Below the pieces are notes generated by a model. The model did no database searches. It saw nothing but the letters and a program-made list of their open reading frames with translations, and was not told the origin of the DNA. Positions 13,701 through 26,498 of a stretch of DNA of 64,000 nucleotides are shown here, piece by piece (the first letter of the stretch is position 1; each line of letters starts with the position of its first letter). The position numbers and the translations under genes were made by a program. The stretch is from Raillietiella orientalis (taxonomy: Eukaryota): NCBI GenBank assembly GCA_036172245.1, contig JAYWIR010000007.1, forward strand, positions 4,712,001-4,776,000, in the 5' to 3' direction.

Positions 13701-14017
13701 GCCTGCTCCTCCCCTTCTCCACGCCCCCTCCAGGAAGCCTGGAAAAGGATCCGCTGGACTCGCAGATGAACGTGGAAACCGATGTGTCTTCTCTGGCGAA
13801 AACGCCTCAGGGTTACGACTCCCGCGAACGCAGCAGGTTCGCCCCCCGCGTCTCTCATCCGAGCCCGCCGTCTTCGCCCGAAGACGTGCTCAAGATCTGC
13901 ATAGAGAACTCTGACGTAGCAGCAGCTCTGTGCGGAGAGAACGTGGTGGATGCGCCCGGAAGGAGCCTGCCGACGCCCAACAGCAGCAGCAGATCGAAAG
14001 TGATAAAGTGCACCTAA
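6740..14017 (+). CDS. Blimp-1: PR/SET-domain C2H2 zinc-finger transcription factor Blimp-1/PRDM1 (~941 aa, 10 coding exons)
   Basis: Exons 6740-6904, 7039-7158, 8218-8343, 8413-8539, 8598-8746, 9317-9471, 11541-12895, 12976-13204, 13521-13636, 13734-14017; all GT-AG, phases consistent, total 2826 nt. PR domain ([52 protein letters not shown]), SDEGYHSNG and [10 protein letters not shown] motifs, [20 protein letters not shown] followed by five zinc fingers, the last CCHC-type (THWKTTSC). Exon 5 acceptor (8597) is the least certain; an acceptor at 6727 implies an upstream exon that I could not locate. Confidence 0.95.
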
Positions 14018-15405
14018 CTACTAGACTGCCTCCCCCCCCCCCCCCATTCACCCTCTTAACACTCCCCCTTCCTCCCCCTCTCTCTTTTTATCGCCAGTAT
14101 TGTGTTACGTTTATTTATTCTGTTGTTCCACCGTGATACGGGAGGAGAGTGGGATGCTTGGAAGGAAGCGTTTCCAACGCTTCGCAAAAATTTCTCAGGT
14201 TTTGTACGAGAAGCAGAAGAAGAAAAAGAAGGAAACAAAGGGGAAAAGGAAGAAGAAGAAGAAGAAGAAGAAGAAAAAAAAAAAAAAAAAAAAAAGACAC
14301 ACACACAAGTTGATCGTTAAGACCTTTCGTGGATATCCGTTGCCTGGCGACGGAACGCGCTGCTCGCCGTGTCAGGTGTCCGTTTCCGTGCTGGCAGCGA
14401 CACTTCGTGCTGGACTAGACGATATGGTTTTCATTCGTGGCTCTTGATGTCTGGTGCCCCCCCCCCCCTCCCCACACACACCAGAACGGTTGCCTCCCCC
14501 CACCCCACCCCCCTCCCAGCTCGGCTACCTTTCCTCTCTCCTTTTCGCAGATAAAAAAGAGACGGAAGCAACACTCGCGGAAATTTTGCCTCTGGCGCAG
14601 CGGAGTTTTTTCCTTTTTCGATGCTTCCTCCGTGTGTGTGTGTTTTTGACCCTTTCTTCCTTCCTTCCTTCCTGTCCTAAGTGACCATATCAGACGATCC
14701 CCACCGAATCTTCTGCCAGGAGGCGTGTTTGTCTTCTTTTTCGTTCGTTCTTTCCTTTTTTTTTTATCTCTCTCTCTCTCTTGAGAAAAAACCTGTATTC
14801 GGTAAGTCACACTCAGGTCAGTCTGTTTAATCATTCCAACGTTCCACCTCATTCACCCTCTGCAACCGTCGGCCCCCTCTCCCTCCTTTCTTTCTTTTTC
14901 TTTCCTTCTTTCTTTCTTTTTTTTTTTTTTTTTTTTTTTTTATTAAGCAGCGTGATTTTTTTGTGAATCTGACTTTTTTGGAAACCTGAAACAGTTGTCA
15001 TGCCGACGGAGTTCCATCGTCGTTTGAACCTGTGTCGTCCATTCAAGGAAGATGATTTTCGCAGCATTTCTGGATTTTGGCTTCCGATAATAGTTGCTTG
15101 ACAAGTTTGTGATCTCAGGAAATTAAGCTAATTATTGTGTTGTTGTGTGTTAGACTGTAATTGAAGTAAAGAATATTTATTTATCTGTTCCCAATTTCTG
15201 TTTTTTTTTTTTGTGTGTTCCTTTCTTTTTTTTTTTTAAATTCTTGTTGCGTCGTCCTCGTACGCCGTTGGTAAAAGAAAAGAAGAGGGACACGCCCACT
15301 TGCACACCCCCGCTTGGCGACGCTCCCCGCCGCCCAGCGTCCAGGGAAACGGCAGTGCAGCATCACGAGACCCCCCTTCCCCACTTTGTCGAGCCTTCGG
15401 GATCG

Positions 15406-15436
<31 letters not shown>

Positions 15437-17029
15437 AAACGAAGAAAGGAAAAAAAAAAAAAAAAAAAAAACAAGGGAAAAGCGAAAAGCACACGTCTCC
15501 GCAGGGCTGCCACATTCGCATCCCTCCTGCCGCCATTGCTGGGACTTGCAGCAGCTTCTGCAACGTGCCCCGGCGCCTCTGCTTACCGCAGGCACTGCCC
15601 GCCGAGGGGCACCCAGTCGCGCCAGCGAGGAGGCTCGCACGCGGGGGGTACCCTCGCCTCGCCGACACCGGGCACGGCCGCCGCTGCCCGAGGATGGTCC
15701 GAAGGAACGCGGAAGGTTGCAATCCCCGCCCGACCCCAACTTTCCCGCCGCCGCAGTCTCCCTCGCCCGACGAACCGGTTCTCCCTCCGGCAGCAGCCCC
15801 CCTCGTCCCCACTCCACGTACGCTCTGTGGCGAAGGAGATGGGTGGCTGCTGCCGCCGCCGCCGCCGCCGCGCATCTCCGTCAGAACACCTGTCTGCAGA
15901 AGGAGCCACGCCACGCTCTGCCCGCCCCCCCGCCCGTCCCCTTTGCTGCGGCAGCTCCAGCTTGCAAGAGCGCTTCCGCCGTGAGCGGAAGGAGGATTTC
16001 CCTTGGCGTTGGAACCTCGGCCACCAACCAGCCGGTCCTTCGCCGCCCCCGTGACGACGCATCCACGAACCCCCCTCCCCCCCCGTCGGTGTTCGGCACA
16101 CCGTTCCGACGGCAGGACCGGAGTCACGGGCGATGCGTTCTGTGAAATCACCCAGGCAACGTCGGTGGGGTCTCCGCGCGAAAAGATTGCGTTCCGGCTG
16201 ACGCTGCTCCCGGCGGCGGTGATAAAATAAGAATCCCGCTTGGAAGTGGGCGTCTTGGAAGCAGCTGTGAGAAGTCTGCACCGGTGGCAACGGGATGTCT
16301 TGGGAGCGTTCAGCACACCCTCGGGAGGTGTTCCGAGCCTTCCTGTCGAAACGCGCGAGTCCGTAGTTGGCGTCCGCCTCACTGCCTCCTCGGCGTAAGT
16401 CAGCAGCAGCAGCGTTCACACAGTAATGAGGCACACGGCATCCATTTTTAAAGTCGCGGTGTGCCACACTCCGGTGGTTGGTTTCCCGTGGTTGCGCCGG
16501 CGCGTGACCGGAGCACGTTCCTCGGACCGCTTCCGGGAGCGTTGTGTCACACGTTTGTGTGTGTGTGTGTTTTATCTTCGGCAAACATGCTCCGACTGTG
16601 GCGAAGATTGCTACCCGGCAACCGAGTTTGCTTTGGCCATGCCGTCCTCTGCGAACCTTCGGCCTCACTTTCCATATGGACGTACTGCACGATGCACCTG
16701 GAAGAAAGCTGCTGCCACTGTGGCAACCACGACGTCACCGCTAGGAGACGATCACTGCTGCCTGCGTGCTCCTACTCTTTTTTTTTTTAAAAAAAAAAAA
16801 AGAAAAAGAAAAACACACACACACATTCGCGCAGCTTCCTCGTTACCACTTGCAACGTCGTACGAAGATGCCACACGTGCTCGTCGCATGGTACGGTACA
16901 GAGGGAAGGTTTTTCCGTACGACTACCGGTAATTGCATGCGGGATTCGGGTTCTCGAATTTTGACTCCCGAAGAATGTCGGTGAATGCCAACTTTCCTCG
17001 GATGGCACTTTCCATTCCAGAAAGGAATG

Positions 17030-17640
17030 CAGGAGAGAGTATCAGCTGAAATCCGAGTAGGAGCAGTCGGGTTGCACTAAACGCAACCCAAGCCCTTCAC
17101 TCTTACGATCGGTGTCAAAGGACTGCAAAGGTCAAGCTGCACGGTCATCGAGGGTGAGATCCAATTAAAGTCCGCTTGAAATTCTCGATGTCATCAAGCA
17201 TTTCTTTTGCTCTCGGGCAAATCATCCCTTGCCCAAAAGCCGGTCGTGAAGAGTGATTTTAGGTTCTTCTACCGTTTTGTTTGGGAGAGGTGGGGAAAGG
17301 AAGGGGGGGGGGGGGAGGTACCATCATCTGTCCAGTGGGGAAGCTGAGCGCGCCTTACGTCCAGTTCAGAACACATTTCGGCATTATCCACATGATTAGA
17401 CAGTTCGGCTTCCATTTTTTTTTTTTTTTTTTTTTTTTGTGCGTGTAACGAGTATCGAACCTGCAGCGTTAATAGCAATGTAATTTCATTTATAGGAATC
17501 CAATGGCGGAACCCTTAACGGTGAATACAGTGGTGCCAAGCCATCTGGCTTTTACAGCGTATCTTTACATCTCTGATAACACGGATCGATCATTCTATCG
17601 GCAAAATCGATCTAACTGGAGGAAGGCAGGGTTATCCTGA
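17030..17640 (+). mobile_element. Possible highly decayed non-LTR retrotransposon RT fragment
   Basis: Interrupted frames give VSAEIRVG..PFTLTIGVK (like RT 'ARVRV...PF.I..GVRQG') and VPSHLAFTAYL (like 'SHLAFADDL'). Resemblance by eye only. Confidence 0.2.
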
Positions 17641-17849
17641 CTTCCAGTGGGATTTCTTCCATAGGTCCCATTCAGAGTATACATAGTGCATGTTGGGTAT
17701 TCATAAATCCCAGTTTCCCTCACGCGAGACCCATCAGTACCAGAATGCAATCTCATTTCCATGTATCAAACCATAAAAGTAACAGCAAGCACGAGAGATG
17801 AAAATCATCCACGGTTTTGCTAAATCTCCTTTGCTTCACTTTTCTTCTT

Positions 17850-17885
<36 letters not shown>

Positions 17886-18262
17886 ATGCATATCCGATCT
17901 CACATCAGTCTCATCACTGCCGAGTCCTCAACTCTTCCAGAAATCATTTCGACTGCGCCGCGAGTGCATCAATGGATACATTTTGAAGCCGATCACGGAT
18001 TGTCAACTGCTGGGAGCATCAGTTGCCCGGCTGAACGTTCTCCACCAACGCACCGCCATCTGCCAGACGCTGCTGCCTAGAGGTCATCTGTAGGTGGAAG
18101 GTTGCTGGAAGCCGGTAGCTGGGAGCCGGGAGGATTCCTCCTCCCCCCCCCCCTCCCCCGCACACCTTTTCCTTTTTCCCTTTCTCCAGTCACCGTGTGA
18201 TTCGGGGAGGAATCCTCAGTGCCTGGAAGCAGAAAACGGCTTTCTCGGACACTCGAAAAACA

Positions 18263-18293
<31 letters not shown>

Positions 18294-21114
18294 TGCGGGC
18301 CACAGATAAATTCCCAGCGGAGCCAGGCAACCAACCCGATCTGCTTCAACCCTTCATGTCCAGCACAGTACTCCCCCCCAATTCGGTTGGCATTTCGTAA
18401 ACGACTGCGTTTCCGTTACCTTTCCGTGGAGACTTTGATGAAGACTCCGCAAGCCCATTAAGGGGACTCACAAATAGGAGCGCACCCGGAGGATGTCCGG
18501 GTTCCCTCGGACATTCATCTCTCTCGCGCTGCTTTTGTGATCAGCAAATCAGCCGCTTCGCACATGGCACGTGCTTGATTAAAAGACGTGGGAATACGCG
18601 TTGCACCTCTCCTCCGGAGCGCGGCGAGGTGTACCATTTATTCGCCACTGCTGCGCTGCGTGGAGTTGCGCGGACGGACCCACGCTGATTCCTGAAGTGG
18701 ACGTACAGCGAGCGGGTGGGGGTGGGGGGTGGGGGGTCGGCACGTCCTCCTCCTCCCCTCCTGTTTCCCGGACGGAGCGTCCCTCCTCGGTGTCACGTCG
18801 GGTTGCCCGGAGACGCTGCTCCGAGTCTCCTCCCGTTCGGCAATGACGCGGATTGGTCGATCACCAGGGAGGACGCGGAGAGCCGAATGAGAGGAGCGGA
18901 ACGCGACGGAGTGATCGCCTCTTCTTCCTCTTTTTCCTTTTGCATCCAACATCTGTTTGCCGTGCGACTGCTTCGAGCAACGTTGGCCGCCGCGCTTCCG
19001 GGCTCATCCTCTCTTCCTTCCGTTGCTAGCGTCGCCTCTCGTCGCCATAGGTGTGATCGTCCAGGGAAGTGTTTTCTTCCTCCTCCTTCTTTCGATTGGT
19101 GCGAAATCCCGAGGAAACGGTCGCCCGCTCTCCCAACTCGAACCGGCGTTCCCGACCGCCTGTGTGCATTACGCAGATAACTACGAAGCCGTGTTTATGA
19201 CGTTCGCGTGCATTATCTCGCTCGCAATTCGTTGTTTTCTTGATTTGTGGATGCTGAGCTCCCGAATAAAGATAGCGTGAACAGATGGTAAAATAATGGG
19301 TAGCAGAAAAGAATGGGTAACTGCACCCTTGAGAGGCAATGCCAAAGTGATTCCATTCAACCGGCCCTCCCCTGCTCCCAAACCTTGAAGACAGCAAAAC
19401 AGCAGCAGCAGCAGCAACAACAACAACAACAACAACAACAACAAAAAGTGCAAAGCACATTCATCCAGTTGTTCTCCTTCTTAGGTTTCTGAAGGACAAA
19501 TAGTCATCAAGAAAAATAATCAGTCATTGCCGTCCGTGGTGAGGCGCCGTGAACCACCACAGTGGCTGCTCACCTGAGAGACAACCACCTACAAATCTAT
19601 ATTTCTACAAATTTGCTATCGAAAAAGCTGTCATCCCTCCCGGTTCCTTAGTAATCAGTCGTTCCCGTTTTTTTCCTGGTCAACGGATGCCTCGGTTTGG
19701 AAGCACAGCTGACGAGAATGCAAAGTTCGCTCTTCCCGTCTTCCTCCTGGAAGCGTGCTAATCTGAGAAGGGTGCTCTCGTTCGCTCTCCTTAACCGCAT
19801 GGTACGCGTTCCCTCGTTTGGGATGCCGGCGGCCCTCTGTCCGAATGACCTCTTCAGCTCCAAACTGCTCCCCATGCGAATCATCGTCGGACGCTTCCCA
19901 GAGAGAGAGAGAGAGAGAGCACGTGAATGATGGGCACCGCTTCCGCGGAAAGGGAAATACGTTCTGCCCCCTCCGTGAAGATGCCCTTCCTCCGATGCCG
20001 TGGGTGCCGGAAGGCTGCCGCAGCATTGCGGGCACGCTTGTCCGTGGGTGCTCCTCGCGCCACTGGACGTCCGGTTGCTGGGGGAACCAGGAAATCCACG
20101 AAAGGGGGGGGGGGGCAAGGCGGTCATTCACGGCGGCAAGGCGAATGCGTGCAACCAAACGGCAAAACGAGCACTCCATCCACCACGTTCGGGTGACTCG
20201 TAAGGTTCCACCACCGAAGCGTCTCCACCATCCCACCCCAGCAGAAGAGCCGTCGGATCGACCACGAAGGATCACCGACGCACCCGACTGCTTTCCACCC
20301 CTCCGTTTTTCACCGCTGCTACTTCGCTTCCAGCGTGCTCTCCTGCCGGAAATGCTCGCGTTTTTTCAGCAACGGCGCTTCCGCAGGAAATTCGAAATCC
20401 ACGAAAGGGGTTGTCGTGCGCAGGAAGTACGAATGTCGGCGGACGTGTTTGTTTACCTTCCCCAGGCGGGGACGGGTTCCACGCGGACACACCGGAGAGC
20501 AAACACCGACGCGGTAGGTAAGTCTTCCGAGGTGTGAAGCGTGCATTTCCTCCAACAGCCCCCCCCCCGCCTCCTCGGTGGACAGCGGCTTCGGAAACGA
20601 ACCTGGAACCACTCCGGGGCCGCCCCCCACGTTTCTCTTCGGTCGGGTTATCGGGCAGGAGGAGGAACCAGCCCGAGATCCCCTCTCTGGACGGGGGGGG
20701 GGGGGGAGGGCTGGCGTCTCCGAAGCTCCCCGCGTGTGAACACGGGACGAGCTGTCCCCCGCTCGAGCGGCTCTCTCCTGCTGGAAGGAGGAAGCACCCC
20801 CCAAATCACGCGCCGTGCTCGACGCCGGCACCCCTCCGCTCGAGGGGGTTCACTCCCTCGAAGGATGCCGGGACAAAGAAACGCGGGCCGATCGTCACGG
20901 GAGTGCCATCAACGCGGACCGCTTACCGCGCCGGCGGCACGTCGTAAAAATCAGGCGATTGCAGGAAGCGCGGGTAAAAGGTGACAGAAATGGTGAGCAC
21001 GGAATAACAGACAAGTGTTCAAATAGGGGGGGAAGACCGGGTGAACTTGCCTGAACCCAGACACGATTATGTACTCAGCTAAGCAAGGATACAGTTCCCG
21101 CGAGGTGACCTTGC

Positions 21115-21117
<3 letters not shown>

Positions 21118-21160
<43 letters not shown>
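21118..21160. repeat. (GA)n microsatellite
   Basis: Perfect dinucleotide run. Confidence 0.95.
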
Positions 21161-21164
<4 letters not shown>

Positions 21165-24100
21165 TGAGGAGAAGAAAAGAAGAGTACGTAATTCTGCTGC
21201 TGTCGAGCGCGGAGACGAGCTGTGCAAGACGTCGCCTGCGTGCGAGGGACTTTAACGGCAGAACCCTTCTCTCCTGCCGATCTGCTTCTGTTTGTCAGTC
21301 GGCTGGGACGTTCGGGATTCTCCCTGCGGATGCCAAAAACACACGAGGCGCACAGTTTTAAGGAATCGCTGATTTCTCCCTTTTCGGACGTGTCTTCGGC
21401 AGCCGAGCGAGGCGGCGAGGAAGCCCCACGGACTGGGCGGGACGACTCCCGCCCGGGCGCGCCGGGGCGCTTATTCAAAAGACAGACACGTGACGAGAAC
21501 GGTGGTCGGGCGCCGGGGGTCCAACCACGCGCGAGTCCACGGAGACCTGGTTCTAGGGTCCTGTTCGCGGACCGGCGCGGGTCCACCACGGCAGCGGAGG
21601 GGAGGGGGGGAACAAACACAAAGAGAAGCAAAGGGGGGGGGGGGGGAAAGGACTGGACGGGAGTAGCCCGGAGTCTCGCCGGCCCAGAGTTGCTCCGCCG
21701 CTGCCCTGGGCGCCCGCCTGGCACGGTCGGAGGATACGTGGCACGGCTTGGCAGGCGCGCGCGGCTTTTTCGGGGGGTTTCCTGTTGCCTGGTGCACCAC
21801 ATTCTGGCGCTACCGGGAAAAAATGGAAACCCGCCGCCACCACCACCACCGTACGCGTGTGTTCTCTCTCCCTTTTTCCAATCCCCCCCCCGTGAGCACA
21901 GCGTGGATTCAGCGAGCTGGTAGACTCTCCAGCAAGAGATCCCTCCGCAAAGGTGCCGTCGATGCACGCCGGTGTCTTCTCCGGTGTCGACGGCGGCCTT
22001 CTGTGCTGTTCCGGAACGTGCCGAACCTCGTCAAGTGCTCCAAGTGCACGCAATCCGTTCATTACCTCGTCGGCGTCAAACGAGAGGGATTTTTCTCTCT
22101 CCTCCCCCCCCCCCCCCCGGAGACTCGTGGATCGCAGTCCCGCTGGCGACGGCCGAGGTTCTCGTTGAGGTTACCGAGCATCGGGAAAAACGGCGATCCC
22201 GCGGGACGCACCTGCAAAGATCGTAACGTGTCAGCGGCGAGAGAACGGGAGCGTTGTTCTGAGGTCACACACAATTCACAGGAGCGAATACTTTGTAAAA
22301 CAATCACACGTGGTGTGTGGAACGATCCATCTGTCAGGACCCTCTGCTGGCCGTGTATTCAGGAGATGCGTGCAGCTGCTCGGAGGCCCAAGGAAAAGAT
22401 GCTGCTGCTGTCTGAGCTGCTCCGCGATAGCTCACAGCTCTGGGTCCACCTCGTCAGACGCAAACGCGTTCGGATGCGCTGCATTCAGGTTTCCTTGGAG
22501 ACATCTGTTCCCGAAATGCACGCACGACGGCTTCAGATGCGGGGAAGCTGTCCGTGAATGAAAACGCCTGGATTCATCTCGTTTCATCTCGTCATGGGAT
22601 GACGACGACGGCGATGCACTTTGGATGCGAGGCGACCACTGCGAGGCTCGCAGATCGACGCCCCCGCAGCATCACGGAGGCCGTCGATTTGATTTCGGCG
22701 GGAAACGCTGCCGCAGTAACGAGGCGAAAGACTCCAGGCGGTTCCACCTTCCGCGAAAGAAGGGCGGGAGGGGAGGGAAATCAGGAGGAACCGAAATCGA
22801 ATCTCGGAGACTCTGGAATCGGGGACGACGGACAAGTGGCTGCGGCAGCGCCGGGTCCCAGCGATGACGTCGTCTGCTTTTCCCGACCTCGCTTTCGCCG
22901 TCTTCGAGCCTTTTCGCCTCCCGCTGCAGGCAAACGCGGACACACGCAAATTAGCACTTTCAGTGGGAACGCGGAAACCCAGTTGCCAAGACCACGGCAT
23001 TCCGTCATCTGGAGAAGGGACGGGCGGAAGCGTCGTTTCCAAGTTGGCGAGGACCCGGTGAAGCTGGTTGCGAGGGGTTCGCAGTGTCGGTGACCCGAGC
23101 TCGTGGGTCGCTTCTCATTCGAACCTTTACCAACCTTCAAGCCGCATCTTCCTTTCATTGACCCGTAACCTTGCTTCGAGTTATGCTGGCATTTCGTCGG
23201 TGACCACTACTTTCCCCCATTGCTATTGATTTTTTTTTCCGTGGAGGAAGGACGCTGTGGCGGCAGCGCAGGCGAGCTGATTAACGGGCGACAGGAGCGT
23301 CTGTTTCTTCACAAAAACAGCAAATAGAGCACACGTGACCATCCCGGTTCGCAGGGGAAACTTGGCCTGCTGGAAACCAACGCGACGCAGCGCTCGGGAC
23401 GAGTCGGCGCGCGGGTGGGAACGGAGCGCATCGCAGCCGCATGGCCTCACCGCGCGCCGGCATTTTCGAGTGCCCGGAACGTCGGATTCCCTCCTGGGAG
23501 GGCGGGAATCGAGCCAGCACCGTTCCTGGAGCCTGGCGCGCCGGTCCGGGCAGCCTCGTCACCTCCGCGGGCTGCGCTTGGTCCGCAGCACCCTCGGGCT
23601 GCCTCGAGGGGAAACCGGCAAGACTCCAGCCCTGCGTTTTGCCGTGCCCATTTTCGCACGTTCGCGCCCTCCCAGCCGGGAGCACGTCCGACGGAAGGAG
23701 GTTGCCGGGCGATTCCTCGCGTTCTCCCGGGAAACACAAGACACCAGACAGGTGAGCACAATCTCAGCCGGAGACGCGCACGCGCCCTCTTGGCCCTCTT
23801 CACTCCGCGTCCCTTGCGGTGCGTTCTCCGTCTCGGAGAAGGTCGAGCTGCAGGCGTCGTGTGCAAAAGGGAGGGGGGCAGGGGGAGGAGCCAACAGCTA
23901 GGGAACGCAAGCACCTCTCCGGGTGCAACACCGACAACGGGTGGAAGCTCGCAACATCTGCCGCCACCGGTTCGCGCCTCACCTGACGCGGCTTGGAGAC
24001 GTCGCCAGGACAAAACTTTCTCCCCGCTTTCGGGGGAAGACCTCAAAACGCGAATGGGGGTACAGGGGGAATCCACAACTGGGGGAGAGAGCGAGGGGAG

Positions 24101-24589
24101 GGGGGAAGGGAAGTTTAGTACGCCCGACTCTCCCGCTCTTCTCCGAAGGCCGGGACAAGGAGCGTCTCTGTTTCCACCGGGACGCCCTTTGTGCTTTCTC
24201 CAAGCGAAAGATGCACGGAACGCCGCTGAGTTGCCGGAAGCAAGGAAGCTGATGGCATCGGGTGGCGAAAGGGGAGCTCGAAAAGCGATCCGGGGAAGAT
24301 TGGGGAAACTCTTCGAGAGTCGGTACAGGGAAGACGTCGAAGCCCTTCCCCATCTGTGGCTGGACCGACCCATGCGATTCGGACCACATGCAATCCGCGG
24401 TGCGACTGCACCGAGACGGCAAAGGTCGAGCTTGGCACACCGCGTGCTTCTGGACCAGACCGCCGAAACCGATGACCGTTCCTTTGAAGCATGGACGAGC
24501 GTCTTGATGGTCGGAAGCATTCATGGCGAGGCGGCAACAACTCCCCCGAGGTCTGCGCGCTCGGTTGCAAACTTCCCGCCAGATTCTGC

Positions 24590-25060
24590 TCAGCCTGTCG
24601 TGAAGAACCGAAGAGGTCGTCGTTCTGTCCGATTCGTGGTGGATCGACGGCGATCTTGATGATGCGGCAAGTCGCCATCGGGAGTGCCATCTTGCGAGAT
24701 CGGGGGATCCCGTACCAACGAGTGCTGCTGAGGTCGAAATTCGGGATTCGTGCGAAGGGGTGGCCGTTCCGCTCGCGCGGAGGACTTCCGAAGGACGAGC
24801 GCCTGCCATCCTGGTTGCCGCCGTAAGCCGCTCTGAACATCCCGAAGGAGCTTGACGACCCCCCTCCCCACCTCTTCCAGTCAGATCCGTTCCACTTCCC
24901 GAAGCCGGTCATCCAGTTCGCTCACGGATCGCTTTACTGGTGGAAGATCCATCCCACTATGCTTTGTCTACGCACCTCTCGAGTGCATGTGTTTCCGAAA
25001 CACTTGGCAATCCGGCGCAAAGTGCAACCGTGTCCATTTTGGTACGAAATTGGCTTCGTT
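24590..25060 (+). mobile_element. Decayed CR1/L2/jockey-like LINE reverse transcriptase relic
   Basis: FCPIRGGSTAIL (~GFRPGRST), GIPYQRVLLRSKFGIRAKG (~VPHQRLLxKLxxYGIRG) and TWQSGAKCNRVHFGTK (~WQMxFNxxKCKVMHFGxK) occur in collinear order across stops/frameshifts. Confidence 0.4.
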
Positions 25061-26452
25061 TGGCAGCCATGTGAGCTCGTTCCATCAATCGGTTCAGCCA
25101 CCACGCATACCAATCCTCGAGCAAAGGAAGAGGAAGGAACAAAACACGCGGTGACTGAGCGAATTGCAATTGAAGAGCGAATCTCAATCGGCGATCCACG
25201 AATGCTGGAGAAGCTTTGATCTGCATGTCCAACCCATCCACCCAAGTCGGCATACGTTTATTACTTCCCACTACATTACTGCACCAACAGAAGGAACTGT
25301 TACTGTCGTAGAGGCAACGCCTCATGTTACGGGAAGATGCTTTCCATGAGTAATCGGTGACTTTTCACCCACTCCTTTCCTGGAAGAACGAACGCCAGAC
25401 GCTGGACACCCGATCAACACTCGTGAAAGCCTGGACCTTCCCTCCCGCCAGTCGGTGACCTTTTTCGAAACAAAACCCCGGGAAGTATTGGTGCCGAGGC
25501 GAACTTCTTCAGATTTACAACTGTCCTCGTGAATAACATTATGGGTGCGTACTGATGCTTCAGTTCGTTTCCATGGAAAGCAACGGAGGTGTTGCGAGAT
25601 TCGTGTTTCGCGGGGGGTACCTGGGGTTTCGATTGCGTCATCCGCATGCCCTGCACCGAGCTACAGGCTTTTTCCGTCTCTCAAACTGCCCCTGTAGCTT
25701 GCCGTATATGTGCATGTTGGCCAGCATCTTTGACGTTGGCAATTTTCTCCACGTTGATGCTTTTGACCTGTGGTTACGTCCACCACATTCGAGTCTCAGT
25801 TGGATTCGGCAACTTAAGTTTGCGTTCCTCCGCGAAATTTTCTCACTCGTACACTCTTCCGCTTGGATGATGTGCAATTTTTCTCGGGCGAGCGAATCCA
25901 CTTTTCCCTGCTTTTACTCGAGCATCTTTCGTGTTTGCATCCTGAAGGACTTCCCATCGCCATCAGGATGTACACCGTGTTGCAGCATTTGGTTCTTCCG
26001 GGTTCCGTTTCGCCGCTTCCAGCTGTCGCCCCACTGCGCTGAAGCGACTCCCCGTGAAGATTCCGAGTCTTCGGTTCTTGAGAGGCTTTCCCTTGTCACG
26101 GGCCTCGGTCATATCACCTGTAGAAAGAGAAGAGAGCTCTTCCTGGGCAAGCCTCTCTCTCCCCGTTGCCAAGTTTGGAAACACGAGGGGCACACGGAAT
26201 GCCAATTCCAGCACCCTTGTGCTGTGTGAACTTTTGCATGCATTGCAGAACCTCTTTATGCTGTCATTCCCTATGCACGTGTTTGAAGAAACACCGTCTT
26301 ATTCGAGAACCTTACTCTTATTAATCACTGCACTTCCTGAGCAGCCGACCTTGGGCTTCGCTCTGCTTCCTTCAGGGAGTCTTGAATAGCATCTTTTTCG
26401 CTTCCGAATGTCGACTCCAGACTTCTCTTCTTCCCGGCCTTTTTTCCCCCTC

Positions 26453-26455
<3 letters not shown>

Positions 26456-26496
<41 letters not shown>
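26456..26496. repeat. (CT)n microsatellite
   Basis: Perfect dinucleotide run. Confidence 0.95.

Positions 26497-26498
<2 letters not shown>

Noticed and set aside
14018..15190. let-7 / miR-125 sites in the Blimp-1 3' UTR
   Set aside because: Only offset 6-mers (CTACCT, CTCAGG) seen; no full seed match
21748..24500. Long ORFs (269, 414, 357 aa), including an exon-like EMRAAARRPKEKMLLLSELL segment
   Set aside because: No motif or coherent gene model; GC-rich DNA with all frames open
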